Assembly (NCBI GenBank): GCA_964035575.1
Contig: OZ037845.1
Location: 620,001-684,000, forward strand
DNA length: 64,000 bases
Source of the DNA: Rhynchopus sp. YZ270_cl-10
Lineage: Eukaryota
Direction of reading: 5' to 3'
Part shown: positions 1 to 12,700 of the stretch, piece by piece
Position numbering within the stretch: position 1 is the stretch's first letter
How the letters are laid out: every line of letters starts with the position of its first letter
Made by a program: the position numbers and the translations under genes
Notes under the pieces: generated by a model
Told to the model about the DNA's origin: nothing
Database searches by the model: none
The model's input: only the letters and a program-made list of their open reading frames with translations

Positions 1-152
1 ATAAAATACAAATGGTGTAAAAAGCAAGTAGACCACTCGTCATGCCTCCAAAAGTCCGAGGTTCCCAACGCCACACAGACAGCACAACCACATGTAATGA
101 CCCACCTACTCAAAGGTTAAGTGAATAAAAACTACAAAAATAAGGGTCATAC

Positions 153-485
153 CTCCTTCTCCGTCTCGAGCTTGGGGATTCTGGCGCGTACATCGGCCTC
201 GCTTGGTGGGACAACCACAAAATACTTCGCAGCAGCACCCAAGGCATCGCGAGTAAACGTTTTATCCTGAACACAACGGATCAAGAGATCAACGTGATCA
301 CTGAGCATCTCCTCCTTTGTGTACAACTCCTTCTTCTCTGTCCGCAGCTCCTCCTCCTCTGTCTCCAGCTTCCTCACAACGTCTTCCTTTTCTGCAACAG
401 AGTCTTTTAGACCAGCCATGGAAGAAGCAGCCTGTTGTTCATTCAAGGGCAGGGGTACACTTCCGTCATCCACACCAGGAGACAT
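153..485 (-). CDS. Exon 1 (coiled coil) of Crinkler/RHS-type gene copy 1; exon 2 lies outside the window
   Basis: ATG at 485 (MSPGVDDG...KLETEKE), then GTATGA donor at 152; homologous to exon 1 of copies 2 and 3. Confidence 0.7.
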
Positions 486-1488
486 ACTTGAAGAGAAAGG
501 GGTTTGGGGAACAGAACAAAACAAAACGAATAAAAACAGGGGAAAACAAACGTTGCGGGGCAAGTGTTTGGGTATACGGGCGGGGGTTGGGTTTTGTGTG
601 AAGGGGAAGGGGAAGGGGAAGAAAAGAGTCTGCACAGTGATGTGGTGTGTGAAATAGGTGAGGTGGCGTGACGTGAACAATGTGACTAACGTGGCTTTCG
701 TGCAGTTGTTCTTTGTTCTTCGAAAAGAATGTGTGAGCTCTATCATGTCGGAGGTGCACCTTCCTCACGCTGTGGTGCTTACCTTAAGAGGGGCCGCTGT
801 GCTGCGAACACAGTCATCAAAAACGAGGAAATGGTACACCTGATAACCCCATTTGCGTACTTGTTGCGTACTTGGTGAAAGTACGGGGATTTTTTTTTTT
901 TTTTTTTGATTTGTGGGTATTTTTATCCACGGTGCGCTGGTCAGAGGATACCTGGTAAGGGTAGAAAAGGGCCGGTTTGAATCCTATATTAGAGGTTAAC
1001 ATCTAAAAACGGCTGCGTGGAGATCATACGAAACAAAAGCGAGGTGACAACAGAGTTATCAATATATCAAAAAAAGAAGTAGAGGTGAAATACAAAGCCC
1101 TCTCGTGAACAATGTACCTTGGTACAATGACCGGCTGTACCGGGGGATACCCAACCATGCAGTACGACATCCATTTCGTGGTTTACATCTGATATGTGCT
1201 ACTCCCGCTTCCACTCATCAGCCAGATGAACGGGGATCATTGCAAAAACAGGGACGCGAATCCTGTGTGATGCAGGGTCTGGTTGGGGAAAAAATGGGGG
1301 TGAGGGTGGGTACCTTTTTTTATTCCTGGTCTGCCCTCCTGGGCTGTGTGTGTGTTTTTTTTTTTTTTTTTTGTGTTTTGTTTTTGCAAGGTTTTCTGGG
1401 TTTCGTTCACAATTCCCCCAACCCCCTCCCACAATACTCCTACACAGGATTCTTTTTTCTCTCCTACGTATTGAGTTTTGGGGAATTT

Positions 1489-2579
1489 CATACAATGCAA
1501 CGAGGCCGGGTACGCCTGAAAATACTCATGTCTGGAAAATATATCTGAGGCGTGCCTGAGGCGTCACTGAGGCGTGCCTGAGGCGTACTCGGGATTAGTT
1601 ACGTTTAAGTACGCCTCAGGCACGCCTGAGTATATATCAACGCATACTTGCGTTTCAGGCGCCTGGTGTGTATTTCCCCCCCGCAAAAAGGGCCTCTGAT
1701 GCATTTCCGGAGCGATCTGAAAAAATTCCGGGGTCGGACAATTTTTTTAGCAAAAAATGCGTGGCTTTAAGTTTGTACCAAAAATCAGGGGAAAATGAAA
1801 GTATACCCGGTTTCATATTTCTGCTAATATATAAAATTATTACGCACAGGTCATCACGTTTCTAAGTCATGCCATGTATTTCCTCCGCCCCCTGAAATGT
1901 GCTGAAATCAACTTTCGGTGTCCTGCTGAGAAAATTGCGGGGTCGCAAGATATTTTTAGTGGAAAAATATTATGGTTACTGCTTACAGTAAACTGCCTCC
2001 TAAAAAGAGGCTTCGCAGAAGATGAGTCATACCTCGGGTATGTATAAAAAAGTCCTTTGGTCACCCCATAGTTGTACTTAAAATAGAGCTGTGGTCTGTG
2101 GATCAAGGAGGCCTGTGTATAGTTTTGGGATCTCGATGGGATCTCTCTAGTGTTAGAGGATCCAGCCTTGTATGAGCCTCTTCCGTCTTGCATCAAGTTG
2201 GGCCCCGAAAAGCACCCCCGAGATTTGTTTCCAATAATTCTTGAACCAATGAAATACCCGAAGGTACCACCAAAATATATATCATCAGCACCAAAGCTTA
2301 GCGAACCCTTTTCATTTTTTCGACTCGCTCGGCCCAGAGGCACATTTTTCATCGTGCAACCCCGCATTTAAAAGATTTTGCTACCTCTGAATCAAAAACC
2401 ACAAAATTTGGGGGTAAATACATTTTTGTTCATGACCAAAATGCTGGTAAGAAATATAAATATACTCAGGCGTGCCTGAGGCGTACTTAAACGTAACTAA
2501 TCCCGAGTACGCCTCAGGCACGCCTGAGTATTTATTTTCAGGCCTTGGCGAGGCCGACTCGGCCTCGTTGCATTGTATG
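1489..2579. mobile_element. Non-autonomous DNA transposon, ~1.09 kb, 20-bp TIR, 6-bp TSD
   Basis: catacaatgcaacgaggccg / cggcctcgttgcattgtatg; TSD gaattt; empty site in unit 3 (~21610); subterminal ctgaggcgtgcctgag repeats. Confidence 0.85.
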
Positions 2580-4971
2580 GAATTTACTGTATTTTTTTTT
2601 TTATATTTTTTACTCAAAAAAGACGCCCATTGTTTACGCTAATAAATAAGAGAGACTAATTTTCCCTTTGGTTTAAAATGTTATGTTCGGATATTGCCTT
2701 TTGGTGTGGTTCTCTTTTTGTTTATTTGCTTCCTTTACGCACAATACCCTTCATTTCACACATAACACTTTTATACAGACCGATTCACACACTCCAAACT
2801 CCTTAACCACTTTTTTTCTATTTGTTATTTGCACCAGTCGCCCGAAGGCCTTTTTTTTTTGTTTTTGTAGTTTTTTTTTTTTCGCAAGATAAAGTGTGTA
2901 TCCTCCTGGAAGAGTAGAATGTCTTACAACACGGCACATAGATCACAAACCCATCCTCATGATCAGGCAGAGGTGAGATGGTCAGGAATCAGGCACTCAT
3001 TAAAAATAATGTTGCACCCACCCTTTTGCTGCGGGTCTGATTGCCCGATCAAAGAGGGCTGATACAAAGCAAGTGTACTACAAGCTAGCAAAAGAAAAGA
3101 AAAAATGAAATAAAGGTTGTTTGTTGTTCGCTTCCACACCACTTCTGCACTCAGATTCAAGTCTTTTGGCTGTCCTTACAAGCGCCTGCCAAAACGCTCG
3201 CCTCGTGGGTGTGGACTTTTTTTTTTCCTTCTTCGACTTGATTTACGATATGGTTGTGTTTGCCTGAAGTACAGAAAGTGTCGTGGAGCACAGGGGGGAA
3301 AAGAGGGGGAAAACAAGCGGGGAGCGGGATACACAGACGCGCGACTTTTCACGAGGGTCTCGAGCTTTTGTCAAATACTACGTGTTTACCAAGCATGTCC
3401 TTAAATCGGGGGAAAATCAGGGATTTTCTGGTTTTCAAATCGCAAAACTGGAGAAGACATTTTTTTTGCTGTTGTAGGGCCGCAGTGCGGGTGGTCACAT
3501 TTTTCTCTTCCCCCACCCCAGTGTCTTATCCAGGAATCCAGATTTCAAGGGGGTCAGCTTGTTTTGTTGCCCAATATTATTTCCAGCGCTGCTGGTCAGG
3601 GAAGACAGTGGGAACATTGGGAACTGTATAAAAAATGGCGCCGCAGGCGAAAAAAATTTAGGGCAGGGTGTAAAAATTTAGCTTTTTACACCACAGAGTC
3701 ACTCAACGAACCCTTTTTTGCGGAGCAAAAAAGGGAAAATCATGGATGTAGAAAGTACTTCACGTACTTTTTTTTGAAAAAAAAAAGTAAAAAAGTACGT
3801 GACAAAAAATAAAAAAAAAACGTACTTTTTTACCAGGCCTGGGCCTAAAGTGGGTGCCCGGGGCCCGATTTTGATTTTATTTTATTTTTTCTAAGGATTT
3901 TACACGGGGGAAAAATTATTTTTTCTAAGGATTTTATACGGGGAAAATTTATTTTTCTAAGGGTTTTTCTGAGGGGAACAAGTCTGTCATTGATGAAATT
4001 CACACCGGGAAGTGTTCTGTTGAAGTCGACGTGTACGGCGGGCTTGGCGACGGTCGTTGGGACAGGGAACCATCTATGTCCTGCATTCGTAGCTGCTCGT
4101 AGTATCTCTTGTACGGGCCCTGCAACGACTGAAACAAGAGCGACAGCGTTAGAAGAAACACCGCCACTCCGATAATTTTCCTGATGCTCACATGCTTCGC
4201 TGTGCGGGACACTCCTTTCCTCATGGTTTGGGTCACTTAGCCGAAATGGCCAAGTTCTTGGTTTTGGGCAAACCCCGCCCAAGCCCCCAACCCCAACCCC
4301 AAAAAAGGGATCTTTGAAATCCGGGTGAAATCGGGTGAAATTGGGCTCAGGTGGGCACAGGTGGGCTCTGGGGGGGCTATTGTGGGCTGGTCGCGGGACA
4401 CCACATCATATTCTGTGAAAATTCACTGAAATTTTGTTCATTTTTCCGTGTCCCCACCACAAGCCGGGATTGGCTCGGAAATGCAATAAAACTACCTATT
4501 GGGCGGAAAAAAACAACAGGAAACTTGCGCACTTTTTTTTGCCGTTCTTTTTCGAAAATTTTCAAACGCCCCAGAGTTAGGGTCGGGCCGAGTCGGCCGA
4601 CTTTCTGATTTTCCGAACAGTCGTCCCGACTATAAATATTTTTTCGCTATATTTTCCCTTCCGTCTGACTGTTCTTCCCGCTTCCGCTTCCCTGATTCCA
4701 TCCCCTTTGTCCTTTATGGTACTCGTCCCCTGTTTTTCTTTCTTCTTCAGCTTTTTCTTTTTCTTTTTCTTTTTCTCTTTTTCTTCCTCGTCTTCATCCG
4801 CCTTTTTTGCAGTACTACGGTAAGTGCAGACACATTTCCAAAAGAATGGGCGTTACTTTCTTTTTCATGAAGATAAGCGAAAACCCTGCTTGCCAGGTAC
4901 ATAAACACTGAATGCAGCTTGTCCAGCCTCACCTCACATTTTGCAAGACGGCTGGTTAGGCAGTTGGTCAT

Positions 4972-7610
4972 CTAACTGTGTTTACAGATTCTCCTGAGGA
5001 ATGGCACCCATCTTGTCGTCCTTGTTCTGGTCGGTGGCAACGGTGTGATCCACGTGCGGTTGGGAATATGTGGGACTCGAGACAGCAATGCAGGCCACAC
5101 AGGACGCGAAGCCAACACGCTTTCAGTTGATGTCTTGGGGTCATGATGTGCGTTGACCTGCGCTTCTGCTGCTTGTGTCTGCGCATTGTTCAGCCAAAAT
5201 TGTGCGAAGAAGTGGTAGTAATCCTCAAAATTTCCTGCGTGCACTACACCTATAACGCGATCCTTCAGATTGTCATCCTGCTTGCACAAAGTGACCCAGT
5301 CTTCCGGAAAGGTCGCAGTGGTGTGCCACAAGAACACATCAGTTTTGTCTGATGATTTTTCGACCTCTTCCCACATCTTCCCCATGGGGGCACCCTTCTC
5401 GTTCTCGCTGTGCTTTACCTGCAGCACCTCATTCACATCTTTGTCTAGTCGCAAAAAGATATCTCCGTAAGGTGCCTTCTCTGCGTTCTGGAATGCAGAG
5501 TCTGTGAACGGGGCACACTCATGGTGCGAGTTCTTCGGTGAAGATTTGCTCTGCATATTGTTATGAACATTTTGTTTTGAACCACGGGTCTGAGTCTGAC
5601 GCACTGCAAAACGGGGCGTGAGGGGGGTGTTCGTGAACTCGTGACGGCTAGGCTCATTCATCCACTGTACACCTTTGTGCAGGAGCACCATGCTCGTTGG
5701 TCCGGTGTCGTGCAGCTTAGAGAGGAGACACCTATACCACAGCACGAACGACTCGAAGGAAGCGCCGTCCTGCTTCTCCGCGAAGGTGTACCCCTTGAGC
5801 AGGCTTCCCGTCATCGAGGAGTTGACAATAGCCCAGATGAGTGAAAGCCTGAGATATAAATTTTCCCCCTCCTTTTGAATATCCATGAGGCCCTTGGATA
5901 GGTGTGCTGCGAGGTCGGTGTCTTGCTTCAGAGGCACCTTCAGCAGCGCATATCTGAGCAGCATCGTTTGATCCTCCACGCTGGCAACAATCCCGTTATA
6001 CCGAATCTTAACTTGTTCACACAGAATGCTGAGCAGCTCAGGTTCGTCCTTCTCAGGGTGCTCTTTGGCGACGTTACAGAGTATCTCAACCGCGCGTCCA
6101 TAACCTTTCACGATATCGAACAAATTTTTAGACGCACCCTTTGGCATGGTCTCGGGTTCTTTTGTGAGAAATGGGAGTTGCAAGTAGTGTGGGACCACGC
6201 TCGATCCCGCCAATGCATCCACCGCCGTCTTCCTTGCAGTCAGAGTGCATACGCTAAACAGGAAGAACGGAGATCCCATTTGACAGGACAGCATCACCTC
6301 TCGCAGGAAACTACGTATCCTACCGTTGCTCTCTGGGTCTGATACTAGCTCATTGTCCGACAAGTTGTGCACTCCGTCGATCATCAGCAGGCACACCACG
6401 TTAGTCGGGTACTGCTCTTCCTTTCCGAGATATTTGCACAGACGTTCTACAAGCTCGCTGAGAGTGAAGCCAGCTCTGTGGGCTTCGCTCCACACCACGA
6501 AGGCTTTCATATCGTCAGTCGTATGACCCAGCAGATGGAAACAAATCCGATCGACCACAGCAGACTCAGACGGTCTTTCGTGTTCCTTCTGGTACGAGGT
6601 CCCATTCTCGAAGGACACGTTGAAGGTGAATACCGTCTTGCCCTCCGTTTTATGCGCCAACACCTCTGGCACCCTCATGAGAGCACGAGACTTGCCCATG
6701 CCCAGACCTGCGCAGATGATTGCCTGTTCCATAGACTGCTTATCTCTTACTTTGGCATCAAATGCGGCATAGTTCTTCTCGAAGACGGCACACAACCCGA
6801 TGTCGAGATCACCACCATTTTGGTATGTCCACGTCATGCCAGAAGACTTCGCCAATGCGTGTGGCTGCTGCAGACGTTCAGCCATTCCCTGTGTTTTAAT
6901 AACCTCCTCCAGAGTGATTGCTCGCTTGCCTTGTTCGACCCGAATGTACCTGAGGTCCTCGCCAATAGTCGCCAGGCGCTGGCCAATAGTCACCAGGCGC
7001 TCGCAAACTCCCTGTTTGCGGGAGGGAAAAGGATGTACAAAACTACAAACAATAACATCAAAAACACAGTTTACACCACACTGTACATCTCCACTGCCGA
7101 CTTTGCAACCCCAACACAACATGTTGCGAATGGGCCATGCTAGAAAATAAAATACAAATGGTGTAAAAAGCAAGTAGACCACTCGTCATGCCTCCAAAAG
7201 TCCGAGGTTCCCTACGCCGCACAGACAGCACAACCACATGTAATGACCCACCTACTCAAAGGTTAAGTGAATAAAAACTACAAAAATAAGGGTCATACCT
7301 CCTTCTCCGTCTCGAGCTTGGGGATTCTGGCGCGTACATCGGCCTCGCTTGGTGGGACATCCACAAAATACTTCGCAGCAGCACCCAAGGCAGCGCGAGT
7401 AAACATTTTATGCTGAACACAACGGATCAAGAGATCAACGTGATCACTGAGCATCTTCTTCTCTGTCCGCAGCTCCTTCTTCTCTGTCTCCAGCTTCCTC
7501 ACAACGTCTTCCTTTTCTGCAACAGAGTCTTTTAGACCAGCCATGGAAGAGGTAGCCTGTTGTTCATGCAAGGGCAGGGGTACACTTCCGTCATCCACAC
7601 CAGGAGACAT
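4972..7610 (-). CDS. Crinkler/RHS-type protein copy 2: coiled coil + P-loop NTPase + PD-(D/E)xK REase-like domain, ~783 aa; exons 7610-7299 and 7011-4972
   Basis: Phase-0 GT..AG intron 7298-7012 joins ETEKE|GVCERL in frame; Walker A GLGMGKS, Walker B LLMIDG, nuclease-like motifs FESF..NAEKAPYGD..LQVK. Confidence 0.75.
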
Positions 7611-9737
7611 ACTTGAAGAGAAAGGGGGTTGGGGAACAGAACAGAACAAAACGAATAAAAATAGGGAAAAACAAACGTTGCAGGGCAAGTGTTTGGGTAT
7701 GCGGGCGGGGGTTGGGTTTTGTGTGAAGAGGAAGGGGAAGGGGAAGAAAAGAGTCTGCGCAGTGATGTGGTGTGTGAAATAGGTGAGGTGACGTGACGTG
7801 AACAACGTGACTAACGTGGCTTCGTGCAGTTGTTCTTTGTTCTTCGAAAAGAATGTGAGCTCTATCATGTCGGAGGTGCAGCTTCCTCACGCTGTGGTGC
7901 TTACCTTAAGAGGGGCCGCTGTGCTGCGAACACAGTCATCAAAAACGAGGAAATGGTACACCTGATAACCCCATTTGCGTACTTGTTGCGTACTTGGTGA
8001 AAGTACGGGGATTTTTTTTTTTTTTGATTTGTGGGTATTTTTATCCACGGTGCGCTGGTCAGAGGATACCTGGTAAGGGTAGAAAAGGGCTGGTTTGAAT
8101 ACTATATTAGAGGTTAACATCTAAAAACGGCTGCGTGGAGATCATACGAAACAAAAGCGAGGTGACCACAGAGTTGTCAATATATCAAAAAAAGAAGTAG
8201 AGGTGAAATACAAAGCCCTCTCGTGAACAATGTACCTTGGTACAATGACCGGCTGTACCGGGGGATACCCAACCATGCAGTACGACATCCATTTCGTGGT
8301 TTACATCTGATATGTGCTACTCCCGCTTCCACTCATCAGCCAGATGGGGATCATTGCAAAAACAGGAACGCGAATCCTGTGTGATGTAGGGTCTGGTTGG
8401 GGAAAAAAAATGAGGGTGAGGGTGGATACCTTTTTTATTCCTGGTCTGCCCTCCTGGGCTGTGTGTTTTTTTTTTTTGTGTTTTGTTTTTGCAAGGTTTT
8501 CTGGGTTTCGTTCACAATTCCCCCAACCCCCTCCCACAATACTCCTACGCAGGATTCTTGTTTCTCTCCTACACATCCCATCACGACTCGTGTCGTAGAT
8601 GAAGTCCACCATGCCGTCCGTTGTGTCTTTGTACTGCTCGTAGACACCAGGCATGCTGAAGACCTCCATCGACTTTGCGTTGTCGTCAATCCACCACCAT
8701 CTGTCCCCGGCAAAGTCTTCTTCTGTTTCACGGGCGGCCTTTTCTTTTCCTATCTTTGCAACAAGTCTGTCATTGATGAAATTCACACCGGGAAGTGTTT
8801 ACGGCGGGCTTGGCGACGGTCGTTGGGACAGGGAACCATCTATGTCCTGCATTCGTAGCTGCTCGTAGTATCTCTTGTACGGGCCCTGCAACGACTGAAA
8901 CAAGAGCGACAGCGTTAGAAGAAACACCGCCACTCCGATAATTTTCCTGATGCTCACATGCTTCGCTGTGCGGGACACTCCTTTCCTCATGGTTTGGGTC
9001 ACTTAGCCGAAATGGCCAAGTTCTTGGTTTTGGGCAAACCCCGCCCAAGCCCCCAACCCCAACCCCAAAAAAGGGATCTTTGAAATCCGGGTGAAATCGG
9101 GTGAAATTGGGCTCAGGTGGGCACAGGTGGGCTCTGGGGGGGCTATTGTGGGCTGGTCGCGGGACACCACATCATATTCTGTGAAAATTCACTGAAATTT
9201 TGTTCATTTTTCCGTGTCCCCACCACAAGCCGGGATTGGCTCGGAAATGCAATAAAACTACCTATTGGGCGGAAAAAAACAACAGGAAACTTGCGCACTT
9301 TTTTTTGCCGTTCTTTTTCGAAAATTTTCAAACGCCCCAGAGTTAGGGTCGGGCCGAGTCGGCCGACTTTCTGATTTTCCGAACAGTCGTCCCGACTATA
9401 AATATTTTTTCGCTATATTTTCCCTTCCGTCTGACTGTTCTTCCCGCTTCCGCTTCCCTGATTCCATCCCCTTTGTCCTTTATGGTACTCGTCCCCTGTT
9501 TTTCTTTCTTCTTCAGCTTTTTCTTTTTCTTTTTCTTTTTCTCTTTTTCTTCCTCGTCTTCATCCGCCTTTTTTGCAGTACTACGGTAAGTGCAGACACA
9601 TTTCCAAAAGAATGGGCGTTACTTTCTTTTTCATGAAGATAAGCGAAAACCCTGCTTGCCAGGTACATAAACACTGAATGCAGCTTGTCCAGCCTCACCT
9701 CACATTTTGCAAGACGGCTGGTTAGGCAGTTGGTCAT

Positions 9738-12700
9738 CTAACTGTGTTTACAGATTCTCCTGAGGAATGGCACCCATCTTGTCGTCCTTGTTCTGGTCGG
9801 TGGCAACGGTGTGATCCACGTGCGGTTGGGAATATGTGGGACTCGAGACAGCAATGCAGGCCACACAGGACGCGAAGCCAACACGCTTTCAGTTGATGTC
9901 TTGGGGTCATGATGTGCGTTGACCTGCGCTTCTGCTGCTTGTGTCTGCGCATTGTTCAGCCAAAATTGTGCGAAGAAGTGGTAGTAATCCTCAAAATTTC
10001 CTGCGTGCACTACACCTATAACGCGATCCTTCAGATTGTCATCCTGCTTGCACAAAGTGACCCAGTCTTCCGGAAAGGTCGCAGTGGTGTGCCACAAGAA
10101 CACATCAGTTTTGTCTGATGATTTTTCGACCTCTTCCCACATCTTCCCCATGGGGGCACCCTTCTCGTTCTCGCTGTGCTTTACCTGCAGCACCTCATTC
10201 ACATCTTTGTCTAGTCGCAAAAAGATATCTCCGTAAGGTGCCTTCTCTGCGTTCTGGAATGCAGAGTCTGTGAACGGGGCACACTCATGGTGCGAGTTCT
10301 TCGGTGAAGATTTGCTCTGCATATTGTTATGAACATTTTGTTTTGAACCACGGGTCTGAGTCTGACGCACTGCAAAACGGGGCGTGAGGGGGGTGTTCGT
10401 GAACTCGTGACGGCTAGGCTCATTCATCCACTGTACACCTTTGTGCAGGAGCACCATGCTCGTTGGTCCGGTGTCGTGCAGCTTAGAGAGGAGACACCTA
10501 TACCACAGCACGAACGACTCGAAGGAAGCGCCGTCCTGCTTCTCCGCGAAGGTGTACCCCTTGAGCAGGCTTCCCGTCATCGAGGAGTTGACAATAGCCC
10601 AGATGAGTGAAAGCCTGAGATATAAATTTTCCCCCTCCTTTTGAATATCCATGAGGCCCTTGGATAGGTGTGCTGCGAGGTCGGTGTCTTGCTTCAGAGG
10701 CACCTTCAGCAGCGCATATCTGAGCAGCATCGTTTGATCCTCCACGCTGGCAACAATCCCGTTATACCGAATCTTAACTTGTTCACACAGAATGCTGAGC
10801 AGCTCAGGTTCGTCCTTCTCAGGGTGCTCTTTGGCGACGTTACAGAGTATCTCAACCGCGCGTCCATAACCTTTCACGATATCGAACAAATTTTTAGACG
10901 CACCCTTTGGCATGGTCTCGGGTTCTTTTGTGAGAAATGGGAGTTGCAAGTAGTGTGGGACCACGCTCGATCCCGCCAATGCATCCACCGCCGTCTTCCT
11001 TGCAGTCAGAGTGCATACGCTAAACAGGAAGAACGGAGATCCCATTTGACAGGACAGCATCACCTCTCGCAGGAAACTACGTATCCTACCGTTGCTCTCT
11101 GGGTCTGATACTAGCTCATTGTCCGACAAGTTGTGCACTCCGTCGATCATCAGCAGGCACACCACGTTAGTCGGGTACTGCTCTTCCTTTCCGAGATATT
11201 TGCACAGACGTTCTACAAGCTCGCTGAGAGTGAAGCCAGCTCTGTGGGCTTCGCTCCACACCACGAAGGCTTTCATATCGTCAGTCGTATGACCCAGCAG
11301 ATGGAAACAAATCCGATCGACCACAGCAGACTCAGACGGTCTTTCGTGTTCCTTCTGGTACGAGGTCCCATTCTCGAAGGACACGTTGAAGGTGAATACC
11401 GTCTTGCCCTCCGTTTTATGCGCCAACACCTCTGGCACCCTCATGAGAGCACGAGACTTGCCCATGCCCAGACCTGCGCAGATGATTGCCTGTTCCATAG
11501 ACTGCTTATCTCTTACTTTGGCATCAAATGCGGCATAGTTCTTCTCGAAGACGGCACACAACCCGATGTCGAGATCACCACCATTTTGGTATGTCCACGT
11601 CATGCCAGAAGACTTCGCCAATGCGTGTGGCTGCTGCAGACGTTCAGCCATTCCCTGTGTTTTAATAACCTCCTCCAGAGTGATTGCTCGCTTGCCTTGT
11701 TCGACCCGAATGTACCTGAGGTCCTCCCTAATAGTCGCCAGCTCCTGGCCAATAGTCGCCAGGCGCTGGCCAATAGTCACCAGGCGCTCGCTAACTCCCT
11801 GTTTGCGGGAGGGAAAAGGATGTGCAAAACTACAAACAATAACATCAAAAACACAGTTTACACCACACTGTACATCTCCACTGCCGACTTTGCAACCCCA
11901 ACACAACATGTTGCGAATGGGCCATGCTAGAAAATAAAATACAAATGGTGTAAAAAGCAAGTAGACCACTCGTCATGCCTCCAAAAGTCCGAGGTACCCA
12001 ACGCCGCACAGACAGCACAACCACATGTAATGACCCACCTACTCAGAGGGTGAAAGACAGCGCGCCGCCACGTGGTACCCTTGGGGGGCGGCCCCCTCCG
12101 CCTTGGGGGGAGTCGCCTGCGAAAGCGCAAGTAGGGCTGTCGCCAGGGAGCAATTCTGGTGCTATGGGTGGAGGAGCAGGCGGGGTGGACGGGAAGGGGG
12201 TCGGGGAGAAGGAGGTATTGGCGGAGTACCTCAAGCAGTTTGAGCTGCGGATGAAGGACGCCGGGGGGGCCGGGGACTGCCAATTCAAGGCGGTCTCCAT
12301 GGCAATGCACGGGGACGCGACCGCGCACGTTGGGTTGAGGGCGATGTGTGTCGAGGAGCTGAGGAAGACCGCGGGGGTCTGGACGGCGTTCGTGCAGGGT
12401 AGCTACCAGAGCTACTGCACCGCCATGGCGAAGCAGGGCACCTGGGGTGATCACCTCACGCTGCAGGCGATGGCGGGCATACTGGGAAAAGACATACTGG
12501 TGTTCTCGGTACGCGACGAAAAAATCCGAGTACTGAAGCTGCAGACGGCAGGAAAGGGAGGGAGTGGGGCGGCATTATCGCTGGCATACCTCGGGGGGTG
12601 TCATTACGTGTGCATACACGCGAGCGACAAGGGGGAGGGGTTGTCGCTGGAGGAGCGGGCGCGCAAGGCGATGGCCGGCGGGGCTTTGGAGACGGAAGAT

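Noticed and set aside
7012..7182. Hydrophobic N-terminus of the 736/743-aa ORFs as a signal peptide
   Set aside because: It is intron sequence; the spliced model uses the upstream exon
11975..12163. N-terminal 63 codons of the listed 1047-aa ORF1
   Set aside because: ATG 11975 is in host intron sequence outside the TSD and reads through the ribozyme; the true start is more likely 12164
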